Assembly: GCF_004010195.1 (NCBI RefSeq)
Contig: NC_057719.1
Location: forward strand, 90,378,515 to 90,442,514
Length of the DNA stretch: 64,000 nucleotides
DNA from: Chiloscyllium plagiosum
Lineage: Eukaryota
Reading direction: 5' to 3'
In this document: one piece after another, positions 53,037 to 64,000 of the stretch
How the letters are laid out: each line of letters opens with the position of its first letter
Numbering within the stretch: the stretch's first letter is position 1
The notes under the pieces: generated by a model
Seen by the model: the letters and a program-made list of their open reading frames with translations, nothing else
Databases searched by the model: none
Told to the model about the DNA's origin: nothing
Position numbers and translations under genes: made by a program

Positions 53037-53396
53037 GATTAGATTAGATTACTTTTTTAGATTAGATTAGATTACTTACAGTGTGGAAACAGGCCCTTCG
53101 GCCCAACAAGTCCACACCGACCCGCCGAAGCGTAACCCACCCATATCCCTACATTTATCCCTTTACCTAACACTACGGGCAATTTAGCATGGCCAATTCA
53201 CCTGACCTGCACATCTTTGGACTGTGGGAGGAAACCGGAGCACCCGGAGGAAACCCACGCAGACACGGGGAGAATGTGCAAACTCCACACAGTCAGTCGC
53301 CTGAGTCGGGAATTGAACCCGGGTCTCTGGCGCTGTGAGGCAGCAGTGCTAACCACTGTGCCACCGTGCTGCCCACACTGTGCCACCGTGCCGCCC
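53037..53396 (-). mobile_element. Young HE1-type SINE with duplicated head
   Basis: Near-consensus, CpG-rich; (ATTAG)n tail; cactgtgccaccgtgc repeated at the 5' end. Confidence 0.95.
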
Positions 53397-53716
53397 ACTT
53401 GGATCTTGGGGTCCAAGCCCACAAATCCCTCAAAGTTGCCACTCATGTTTATAGGGTTGTTCAGACGACAGATGGTGTGTTGGCTTTCATTAGCAGAGGA
53501 ATTGAGTTTAAGAGGTGCAAGGTTATGCTGCAGCTCAAAAGAGCCCTGGTTAGGCCACACTTGGAAAGTTATATTCAGTTCTGGTCGCCTCATTATAGGA
53601 AGTATAATCAAGCTTTAGAGAGGGTGCAGAGGATTTTTACCAGGATGCTGTCTAGACTGGAGGGCATGTTTTATGAAGAAAGATTAAGGGAGCTAGGACT
53701 TTTCTCTTTGGAGAAA

Positions 53717-53928
53717 AGGAGAAAGTGAGGACTGCAGATGCTGGAGATCAGAGCTGAAAATGTGTTGCTGGAAAAGCGCAGGTCAGGCAGCATCCAAGGA
53801 ACAGGAGAATCGATGTTTCGGGCATAAACCCTTTTCCTGAAGAAGGGCTTATGCCCGAAACGTCGATTCTCCTGTTCCTTGGATGCTGCCTGACCTGCTG
53901 CGCTTTTCCAGCAACACATTTTCAGCTC
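53717..53928. mobile_element. ORF-less PLE-derived hairpin element containing a hammerhead motif
   Basis: Roughly 80-bp inverted arms; motif 53833-53868; near-TSD CTC(T/A)TTGGAGAAA at 53704-16 and 53926-38. Confidence 0.88.
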
Positions 53929-54337
53929 ATTGGAGAAAAGATTGAGCAGTGACTTGTTAGAAGCGTACAACATGTTGAGAGGCATAGATAGAGTGAAGAG
54001 TCAGAGACTTTTTCTCAGTGTGGAAATCGGCATCACAAGGGGGCAAACTTTTAAGGTGATTGGAGGAAGGTTTCGGGGAGATGTCAGAGGTCAGTTCTTT
54101 ACAGAGTGTGGTGAGTGCACTGCCAGCGGTGGTAGTCAAGTCAAATACATTAGGGACATTTAAGCAACTCTTGGATATGCACATAGATGATAGTAAAAAT
54201 GAAGGGTATGTAGGTTAGTTTAAGCTTAGGGTAGGATAGAAGGTTGGCACAACATTGAGGGTCAAAGGGCCTGTACTGTGCTGTTTTATGTTTTATCCGC
54301 TCCACCCTTCTCACTAACCAATCACTATCAGTACCTA

Positions 54338-54873
54338 TGAGAAAATGTATAGAGTATAAGCAGGTAGGGAAAGTTAAGTTTTGTGAAACAAGAAGTTCAG
54401 CTGAGTATTACTCAGATCAGTTAAGAACTTGCAGTTAACAATGGAATGCTGGAGGCAGGGTAATGAGTTAACAAGGTGGAAAAGCAGTCATTATGTAAAG
54501 CCATTTAACAAGAAGCAGCGGCATTCAGTATGTAAAGTCAGTTAAGAAGGTGAAAAATATTCATTTTGTGAAGCCAGTTAACAAGGTTAAGAACATACAT
54601 TGTGGAACAGCAGTTGGCTTAATCTTTACTGTTGACAGCCGCTGATTGTAACAGTCACCCAATCAATATTATGTTTCCTTATCTGTATGTTCCTCCCTGT
54701 AAGTGACTATATAATTCATTAAGAAACTGCTGTTCGAGAGAAGACAGAGAACTAATGTCCCTGTGCACATGGGCCATCATTCTCTCTCCCTCCAGGGCCT
54801 GGAATAAAGATGAAGGAGGTAAAACTATACTGTGTCTCAGAGCGTGATACAGGGATAGAGAAACGGGACAACA
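54338..54873 (+). mobile_element. Solo LTR, family A copy 3
   Basis: TGAGAA...AACA; reverse complement of copies 1 and 2; TSD not cleanly preserved (CCTA/TCTG). Confidence 0.8.
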
Positions 54874-55381
54874 TCTGCACCCACTCTCACAATCCCAGCT
54901 ACCTTTCCACCCAGGCCACCCCATTCCCCCTCCCTAGATCTGATGAAAGGTTCTGACCTGAAACCGATTTCCCTACTGTGCTTTTCCAGCTCTACACTTT
55001 ATCAACTCCATGTAAATGTAGCGAGACAACTTCACTCCTATTCTCAAATCTCCTTGCAATGATACAGAACATGCCAGTTGCCTTTTAATTATTTGCTGCA
55101 CCCTTCTGTTAGCTTTTAATGACTGATGAACAAAAAATACCCAGCTTCCTCGAGACAGTCATACCTTCCAACTTCTCACCATTTAAAAAATATTCTGCCT
55201 TTTTTTCTACAACAGTAAATAACTTCACACTTTTATATTCCACTTGCCATGTTTTTGTCCATTCACCGAGCCTGCCCAAGTCCCTTTGAAGCCTCTTTAC
55301 ATATCCTTCTCAATTTACATTCCCACCAAGTTTTGTGACATTAGCAAACATGGAAGTGTTACAAAAATGTTTTAATTAACT

Positions 55382-55675
55382 TGGCATGGTGGCACAGTGG
55401 TTAGCACTGTTGCTTCACAGCGCCAGGGACCTGGGTTCAATTCCACCCTCGGAAGATTGTCTGTGTAGAGTTTGCACATTCTCCCAGTGTCTGCGTGGGT
55501 TTCTTCCCACAGTCCAAAGATGTGCAGGTCAGATCAACTGACCATGCTAAACTGTCCATAGTGTTAGGTGCATTGGTCAGAGGGAAAATGGGTCTGGGTG
55601 GGTTACTCTACAGAGGGTCAGTGTGGTCTTGTTGGGCTGAAGGGCCTGTTTCCATACTGTAGGGAATCTATTCTA
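55382..55675 (+). mobile_element. HE1-type SINE
   Basis: A/B boxes and body match other copies. Confidence 0.92.
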
Positions 55676-56879
55676 AAAAAAACTTTTTCAGAAGCAGCTC
55701 CATGCCAGGATTGACTTGAAACCAGACCCTCTGGCCCAGAGGTAAAGACACTACCACTATATCACGAGAACCCTTTGGAAATGTTACAATCACTCGCCAA
55801 ATACAAAATCATTTATAAAGTTTGTGAACACAGTTGTGGTTACAGAATCAATCTTTCAAATACCCAGTACTAACAGCCTGAGAATGTCCCATTTATTCCT
55901 ACTACTGTTTTCTGTATTTAATAAATTCTCAAACAATACTCTTACATAACCCCAAATCCCATGTACTACCCTCCTTGTGGAACCTCAGCAAAAACCTACA
56001 GAAAATTAAATCAAAGCAAATTCACTGGCTTTTTAATCAATGCTATGAGCAGCATCCTCAAAATACTCCTTGACATTTATCAACATAATTCTTGTTGACT
56101 CTGATCAAATCATGTTATTTTTAAGTGTCTCGTTATCTAATATTTTCTATGCTATTCATGTTAAACTAATAGGTCTATAATTCTCAATTTTCTCTCTCCT
56201 TCCTTTCTGAAACAATGGGGTCACATTTGCTACTTTGGAAGGATTCCTGCTGACCAATAGAGAGTACAGACTATTGAAAAGATAACCACCAATATTATTG
56301 ATTATCACCACAGCCACCTCCTTCAAACAGCTGGTACACACCTATCTGGCCCAGGTTTGCATCAACCTTCAATCTAGCTAACTTTTCAAGTACTACATCT
56401 TTATTAACACTATTTATTTCCATTCCTTATTTTCACAAGTGACTTGAAGACAGACACACTAATTGTATAGTTTCTCCATTACTTCCCTATTCTCCAGTTC
56501 TATCTCCCCCTGTCATATATCTACATTCAGCAATGCCAATCCTCTCATTTTTCTGCACAAGGCAACTATAAAAGTTTCCTAATGTTTCTTGTCAGTGAGC
56601 ATACAATCCCACATTCACCGTTCCAAATGGGTAAGCAAGAATTTCAACAGCCAAAGTGTATTTATAAATTGGCTTCTGAAGCATTCTGCCGAAAATGTTA
56701 TGTAGCCAGTTACATTAGAGCACGAACAAAGAAATGTGAAGCATCTTCAGAAATGTCAGGGTCTATGTTCTTTGGCCAATCAAGGGTTGGTACAGGTTAT
56801 TTTTCACCTTTTACATGACCTTTTTGCTTTCCCTTAAAACAATGTCAACATCATGGCAAATCAAAACCAGCATCTTTTT

Positions 56880-57395
56880 CAAGCTGAAAATGTGTTGCTG
56901 GAAAAGCACAACAGGTCAAGCAGCATCCAAGGAACAGGAGAATCGACACTTCGGGCATAAGCCCTTCTTCAGGAATGAGGAAAACGTAGGGAGGAGGGAC
57001 TTGGGGGAGGGGCGTTGGAAGGAGGTCAAGGTGAGGGTGATAGGCCGGAGTGGGGTGGGGGCGGAGAGGTCAGGAAGATAGTGTTGGGCCACGGGGTGGT
57101 TGGGTTGGTTGGTCCGGGTGTCCCAGAGGTGTTCTCTGAAACGTTCCACAAGTAGACGGCCTGTCTCCCCAATATAGAGGAGGCCACATCGGGTGCAATA
57201 AATGATGTGTGTGGAGGTGCAGGTGAACTTGTGGCGGATATGGAAGTATCCCTTGTGGCCTTGGAGGGAAGTAAGGGGGGAGGTGTGGGCGCAAGTCTTG
57301 CATTTCTTGCGGTTGCAGGGGAAGGTGCCGGGAGTGGATGTTGGGTTGGTGTGGGGTGTGGACCTGACGAGGGAGTCACGGAGGGAGTGGCCTTT
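56880..57395 (-). mobile_element. Penelope-like element 3' fragment with internal deletions
   Basis: ORF 56916-57422 PGTFPCNRKKCKTCAH...IIYCTRCGLLYIGETGR. Confidence 0.93.
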
Positions 57396-57744
57396 TCTAG
57401 TCTCAGTGCACAGCCAGATCAAGTAACCAATCAGGCTTCACAACAACTTGGATTCTTTAGATTGACATCACCATTCTTTGATTATCAAGCACAATTATAA
57501 CCATGATCAAGGAAATTCACTCCGAATAGGATAATTCATTTAAAATTATTCCATACATACAATGTTTAAAAACTAAACTAATACATTTTAAAAGTCTGGA
57601 TACCATACTTACTATTTTAATTTCTATTTAACATTTCTCAATTTTCCAAGTACCATCACAAATTGTTGTGGTGTCTGAAGGTTTATTTTGTTTTTAAAGA
57701 TCATATATGGTATATTAGTGTCTCTAGCTTGACCAACATTTATT

Positions 57745-57855
57745 GCCTTTGGTGAAAGTGAGCACTGCAGATACTGGAGATTAGAGGCAAGAATCAGGCA
57801 GCATCCAAGGAGCAGGAAAATCGATGTTTTGGGCAAAAGCCCTTCATTAGGAATT
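57745..57855 (-). mobile_element. Isolated PLE terminus (similar pieces at about 59115-59190, 62150-62277, 63005-63135)
   Basis: ctgcagat(a/g)ctgga...gcagcatc...ccttc(a/t)tcagg motif set. Confidence 0.8.
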
Positions 57856-59682
57856 TATCACCTATCCCTAGTTGCCCTTGAGATGCTTTCTTGAACTGCT
57901 GCAGTCCATTTAGTGTAGGGAGATCCACAATGTCAGGGAGGAAGCTCCAGTGTTTTGAACCAATGATGCTGATAGAATGGCAATTTGAACGTGGACTGGT
58001 TCAGTGTCTGAGGAGTCACAAATCGTGCTGAGTATTGTGCAGTCAGTCATTGGCAAGTATCCCACTTTTGACCTAATGATGGAGAGAAGGTCATTGATGA
58101 AGCATCCAAAAGTGGATTGGCCAAGGATATTACCCAGATGATCTCCTAGACTGAGATAATAGACCTCAAATAGCCACAACCACCTTCCTTGTGTCAGGTT
58201 TGACTCCCACCAGAGAGGTTGCCTCTGATAGTCATTAACTCTAGTTTTGCTCGGGCTTCTTGATGCTGTTTAGTTCCCACACTAACATCTCAGATGCCAC
58301 GGTCAGTTAAATACAATCTTGATGTCAAGGATACTCACTCATCTCACCTCAATATTCAGCCATTTCACTGCTGTTTGAACTCAGGCTTTAAAATACTAAT
58401 AAAACATTGCACAATTTGTATTGATGGAAGATTTTCAATATATCAAGGCAGCTACATTCAACAGGTTTAAACAGATTTCACGTTTCTCACCAATCTCTAA
58501 TGGCAACCTCAAATACAGCTCAACACACACACATGCATCTTTTAGCAGAATCGTCTATCTTTGACAAACAGAGTGAGTCAATTGCCTGTACAACACTAGA
58601 ACCACTCATGTTTCCTTAATAATTCTGATGAAGTAATTAATACTTGTCTAATACACTGATGAGAAACAACCAATTTTATTTAGTAGATAAATAATAACCT
58701 GGCTGAGTAAACTTCAAATCCATTGACTTTCTAGAAATAATTGTCGTTTGCTCCATGTCAAATTTCAGTTGTGTCTTTTCAATGTAATTACCCAACAGCA
58801 TAGATATTTCACTATAGGATACATCATGCTTATAAAATGATTTAGTCTGACGACTTCACATGGAATTACAACTCTCTTTAAAAGACCTTAATGGGTTATC
58901 CTATCAAGCCAAAGCAAGTCAAACTTTTATATTCTTTAACATTGTGCTAATCATCACCACTGAGTGCATACAGATACAATTTAGCCAATTTGTTCCACAC
59001 TGTTGAAAAAGCTAGATGGTTAAAGATAAGATTTAAGTCAGTCTTTGCCAAAATTGCAGCTCTCATTCCAACAACCAGTTTCAGCCTACATTTTTTTAAA
59101 CAATATCCATTGTTTCAGACCTGCTGTGCTTTTCCAGCATCACTCTAATCTGGTCTCTGGTTTCCAGCATCTGCAGTCCTCACTTTTGCCTATTCTTTAC
59201 CACACCCCTGGGGCAGATCAGACTTGACCTAGACCTTCTGGCCCTGAGGTAGAGACACTATGATACTACTATTATGCTGCAAGACTCTGTGTCTATTTTA
59301 CAGGAGCACAGCTAATTCCCACCACATGCGTATTATTAATAACTAATATAAAACTATTGCTTTTAGATAATGAACAAAGGAAGAAAAAAACGTTGTCTTG
59401 AAAAAAAGTTAATACATTATTCAAGGAATTCCCCTAAATTTTCTTTGTGTTTTCAATAAATTAGCAGTGTATACAACATTCACCTTGTTCATAAGTGGAT
59501 TCTGGCCAACATGTTAGAAGGTTGTACATTCAAGCGAAACTCAAAGACCACGGCAAGTGAACTTCTGCACAGTTGGTAATGAAGTGCTGTATTTGCACAT
59601 AAGATTCCATAGTATTCTTCTCAAAGAGCAGCAAGTTCCTTTGAATGGCCTCCAACCAGCACTAGATGAACTTGTTACTTAC

Positions 59683-59744
59683 CTCGTTATTTTCTTAGAC
59701 CTGAAGTGGTCAAATTTGGAATTTTGCACGAGAGCAAATAAACG
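59683..59744 (-). CDS. Candidate exon (62 nt, phase 0-2) RLFALVQNSKFDHFRSKKIT
   Basis: Branch-like CTAAT + ttatttacctttttAG acceptor; consensus donor GAG|GTAAGT; single open frame; unique sequence. Confidence 0.6.
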
Positions 59745-59926
59745 CTAAAAAGGTAAATAATTAGCAATGCCGATCTTTGGAACACTGAGCACATACAAAG
59801 AAAGAATTTACATGAAAGTTCTTCCTTTGGTTTCACACTGAAATACACATCAAACATGAAGTCTTACATCTCTAAATTCAAGGTGCAGGAGCTATTTGCT
59901 GGACGTTATATTGGTCTGAAACACTT

Positions 59927-60597
59927 AAGAGTCATAGAGATGTACAGCATGGAAACAGACCCTTCGGTCCAACTCGTCCATGCCGACCAGATATCCCAAC
60001 CCAATCTAGTCCCACCTGCCAGCACCCGGCCCATATCCCGCCAAACCCTTCCTATTCATATACCCATCCAGATGCCTTTTAAATGTTGCAATTGTCGGCC
60101 TCCACCACTTCCTCTGGCAGCTCATTCACGTACTACCTTCTGCAGGAAAAACCTTGCCCCTTAGCTTTCTTTTATATCTTTTCCCCTCACCCTAAACCTA
60201 TGCCCTCTAGTTCTGGACTCCCCGACCCGAGGGTTAGATCTCATGGAATACAGGGAGAACTAGCCATTTGGATACAGAACTGGCTCAAAGGTAGAAGACA
60301 GAGGGTGGTGGTGGTGGTGGTGGTGGAGGGTTGTTTTTCAGACTGAAGGCCTGTGACTAGTGGAGTGCCACAAGGATCGGTGCTGGGTCCACTACTTTTT
60401 GTCATGTATATAATTTGGAGGGGAGCATAATAGGTACATTTAGTAAATGTGCAGATGACACCAAAATTGGAAGTGTAGTGGACAGCAAAGGTTACCTCAG
60501 ATTACAACAGGATCTTGATCAGATGGGCTGAGAAGTGGCAGATGGAGTTTAATTTAGATAAATGTGAGGTGCTGCATTTTGGGAAAGCAAATCTTAG
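59927..60597. mobile_element. CR1 with inverted 5' segment (3' end on - 59927-60228; RT piece on + 60229-60597)
   Basis: Abrupt orientation switch at ccccgacccg|agggttagatc; flanks ACTTAA/ACTTGA. Confidence 0.85.
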
Positions 60598-61249
60598 ACT
60601 TGAACAAGATAATTCCCCTTACCTTATATTTGCAAGCAGCTGGGTATTAAGTATAGCTGCCAAAGGCCTCAAGCTAAAATATGAACCCTCTCATTTAGCT
60701 GAAGAATGTATAAATAGATTTTTTTTATATAAACTGGGTCAGCTCAAGCAGCCAGTAATAAAAGTTTGTATAATCCTACATGATGTATTCTTTCAGTAGT
60801 AACACTAGCTCAACTGAAGTTCAGCACTACACAACTAAACATTTTTCCATATTAGGATACATTGTGAAAATCTGTATAGAAGTACTGATTTCCATAGACA
60901 TCAAGCATCCCAGGCCTCTACTGTTAATGAGTACCATTTGAATGCACTGTACACAGAGTACTGTCAGAAAAACTCAATTTTCCCACATTGTGACCTTGCT
61001 ATGACCTTGAGGTTAAATTGTGCTCCAACATGGGATTTCTTCCTACATGACAAACATCACAATACCTATTGACCAGCTTTTCTTGAAATTAAATGACATA
61101 AAATCTGTAGAGACCAACATTGAGGTTCAGAAAACAAATCTAACTCCACAGGTCAACCAATACTTTATTTATACAACTAGTTAAAGGTAGGATAAGAAAC
61201 TAATGGGTGAACATGAAGTTTTCCACCAATAAGCCATGGTGTTGAATTA

Positions 61250-61960
61250 GCCAGAGATATCACTGTTTACTTTGGCTCTCTCTAAATTTAAATGAATGTA
61301 ACATGCAAAGAGCTTGGGATCAAGCTGAAAGTTTCTGAATATTTTTCATTGAATCTTAAAATGACAAAATTCCTTCTAATTAGCAGAACTGGAAGTAAAA
61401 TACTCATTTTGAGGTATGGACAACCTAACAGCATCACAAAGCAACCCGCTATGTGTCACCTTCATTATGCAAGACTAATATCTAGGAGGGCAAAATCATA
61501 ACGCCAAGATTCTTGCAAGTTCTTACATAGTTCGTATCAAGAAAGTGATTGAAGTGTTTGCTGGGTCAGCCACTTAATTCACACAGATGATTCCCACATA
61601 CCAAAAGGGAGTATTCTTAAGCCAGGTGGTCACAGAAACCCACTCCAAAGAACATCCCAAACAATCAGACACACACCTTCTGAAAACTAATCTCAGAGCC
61701 TACAAAGTGTATCCAACTTCAAGAGATAAAACAATATTGGACAGATCCAGATGGAGAAAAGTCAATCATAAACTCTATCAACAATCAAGTATGACAATGT
61801 CAGACATTTTCAGGACAAACTGATGAATCGTGCACCATTCATCTAGCAACAATTGCAAGCAGATCTGCAACTCAAGATTCAGTTTAGTATCCCATCTGAA
61901 GCAGTCGTATCCTTGCTAAATGGGAGAATCCATCACTATTTGGTAAAGCAGCTCAGTCCT
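61250..61960 (+). mobile_element. RTE-type LINE 3' remnant
   Basis: LKTNLRAY...LDRSRWRK and tgggtcagccacttaattcacacagatgattcc resemble the RTE C-terminal W.GH..R.D and DR..WR motifs. Confidence 0.5.
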
Positions 61961-64000
61961 AAAACTGAAGTGTCAGCTTAAAAATCAAACTTGATCTCTA
62001 GAAAGGGGCTTGCCACAGACAATCACTGTTAATAAGGATGAACCACACCAGAAGGGCTCTCAGAACTGCTTTCCCAATGGGTAGAAAAAGACAACAAACA
62101 AATTCAGTATTAAATGATAAAAGTTAAACTATTAACTGGAATATACCCGAGAAGATAAGAAACCTGCAGATGCTGGAACCCAAAGTAGACAAACTGGAGC
62201 TTGGAAGAACATAGCAAGCGAGGTAGCATCAGGAGGTGGAGAAGCCAATTTTTTGGGTAGAACCCTCCTTCAGGAATATAGCTGAGTTCAGAGATACCCT
62301 TCATGACTAAACAATCTGCCAATATTTACGGAACAAATTGTGCAGTAAAACAACAAAGAACGCGATGGCGAACTGTTTTATTAAAAACAACATAGTGACC
62401 CACTAGGCATTTCAAAGGGCAGTTAAAAAATCATCCATATCACTGTGGAGCAAGTTTCAAGAGGGCAAACAGGGTAAGGATGGTATGTTTCCTTCCCTAA
62501 AGAAAGTTAATGAACCAGATGAATTACAACAATCCAGTTGTTTCACCACTCACCACTATCCAGACCGGCTTTTTATTTCCCATTTCATTGAAATTAGGAT
62601 TCATAGTTATCATTGTGAGTTTTAATTCACTCATCAAGGATAATTGGTCCTGTAACATAACCACAATGTCATTGCCACAAAATACCAATGGCTGAAAAGA
62701 GAGTTGAAGAGAGGGATTTAGAGGATGTTTTATGGACAGAAAAGTCTTGGGCAAGTTCATGTGATACTTCAGAAATGAGCAAGGATAATTTTGATTAAAA
62801 GAAATCAAACATACAATGGAGGTCTGAACAGAACATTGAGTGGAAAAGAAATGGGCAGCATGGAAATGAGGAAAAGCCAGAATCAAGGATGAAATCTGCA
62901 GGATAGTTTTTACATTTTATTCTCAGAAACACAAGCAATGTCAATCAGACAGTGGTGTGAACCAGCAAGCAAATCTCAATATTGGGTGGTAGGAACATGG
63001 ACGGCGAGAGACAAAAAAAAACTGCAGATGCTGGAATCCAAAGCAGACAGGCAGGAGGTTGGAAAAATACGAGCAAGCCCAGGCAGCATCAAGGATGGAG
63101 AAGTCATCGTTTCGGGTGTAACCCTTCTTCAGTGGACAGCAGACAGCAAGATGAACTCTGACCAAAGTCACCATTGCCTAGAATTCATAATGAGCTTTTA
63201 AAAATACATACAGCTTTTATTGAACAGGGATACACGCACAAACACACGTCAGGACACGTTGCTGTGGCTCACCACCAGACACTGTCAACATAACTTCTCA
63301 AAGCCACTCGTCTCTTGCATCTGTGAGAGTAGCTTGCTTTCTCTGCATGGGCAAGCTAGTTATCACACCCACGGCTGCATGCATCTAGAGAGCAAGATAT
63401 CACGTGTAGATGCAACACAATATGTCAAGGGACTACAGTAAAAAAGGGGTGAAAAGCCAAAATCCACAAGGACATAGTTGCAGCCAGAGAACTATGACAT
63501 GGTCGGTCACAGGCAGTCACACAGAAAAAAAAACATTCGACACAGTGAGTACCCAGGAACAATCAATCTCCTGTACTGGATTTCAATAAGCAATTGGAGT
63601 CTATTATTGCTCTGGGAGTTAAAGTGTTTCCACACAATGGAAACTGTATCCAAAGTTTATTTCAGGTCATTCACACCTCAATGCCAAGTTAAAGATCTTA
63701 GAAAATGAAGGCATTCAGCTCTCAAGGGTTTTACAGACATATTTCATATTACTTATGACTATTAAGAGGACAAGTTATGAAGGAAGGTGTGTTGGCCACA
63801 CTACAGCAGGAAAACCAACAGGATTGAAAGTCAAGAAGAATAAATATAATGGTCTTGTAGCCCTTTAACATTCAAGAGCATTACCATTCACCAAATCTCC
63901 TACTAACATCATCCTGGGGTTATTATCGACTAGAAACTAAACTGGACTCGTCATGTAAATGCAGTGGCTACAACAACAGGTCAAAGGTTGAGAATCCTGC

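Larger units (their letters stand above)
51363..54295 (+). mobile_element. CR1 LINE ORF2 (5' truncated, degenerate)
   Basis: LGPLLLVILINNLD..SKFADDTK..WAVKWQIEFN; 3' tail tgtgctgttttatgttttat. Confidence 0.93.
50960..55005 (+). mobile_element. PLE 3' fragment split by a CR1 and a solo LTR
   Basis: GIY-YIG remnant 50980-51290; continues 54296-54337 and 54874-55005 with a hammerhead-like motif at about 54936-54970. Confidence 0.8.
50420..56500 (-). mobile_element. Old CR1 hosting a multi-level insertion stack
   Basis: CR1 remnants at 50420-50960 and 55008-56500 (KVANVTPLFQKG..ENYRPISLT). Confidence 0.7.

Noticed and set aside
56700..56790. Protein-like minus-strand peptide PVPTLDWPKNIDPDISEDASHFF
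   Set aside because: Bounded by stops with no usable acceptor in frame
60623..60673. Minus-strand 51-nt exon-like block with AAG|GTAAGG
   Set aside because: Its only open frame (phase 2-2) is incompatible with the 59683-59744 frame; insufficient support
1..64000. CRISPR arrays, operons or other prokaryotic systems
   Set aside because: No regularly spaced repeats or dense ORFs; the content is vertebrate repeat-rich DNA

Overview
Eukaryotic, repeat-dominated genomic DNA from a cartilaginous fish (shark-type HE1 SINEs and CR1 LINEs). No intact long gene ORF is present. The window reads as intronic sequence of a large gene, probably on the minus strand. There are a few short exon candidates with good splice signals (59683-59744, 6144-6263, 5247-5370; weaker 49292-49508 and 37256-37282), and I could not identify the protein. 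Most of the sequence is decayed and nested mobile elements: CR1 LINEs, tRNA-derived HE1 SINEs, GIY-YIG Penelope-like elements (PLEs), a full-length degenerate Tigger/pogo transposon, a Gypsy element with integrase-before-RT (Gmr1-like) order, four solo LTRs, a small MITE family and an RTE fragment. The most notable observations are: (1) about a dozen minimal hammerhead-ribozyme motifs in PLE termini, with covarying stem II across subfamilies, including a 210-bp ORF-less hairpin element; (2) a ~7-kb inversion (about 18010-25018) revealed by a MITE and its host CR1 split into complementary, oppositely oriented halves, with templated junction sequence; (3) a 323-bp exact local copy pasted into a SINE; (4) a CR1 with a twin-priming-like 5' inversion. 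Repeat boundaries were read by eye and are approximate unless a TSD or TIR is quoted.
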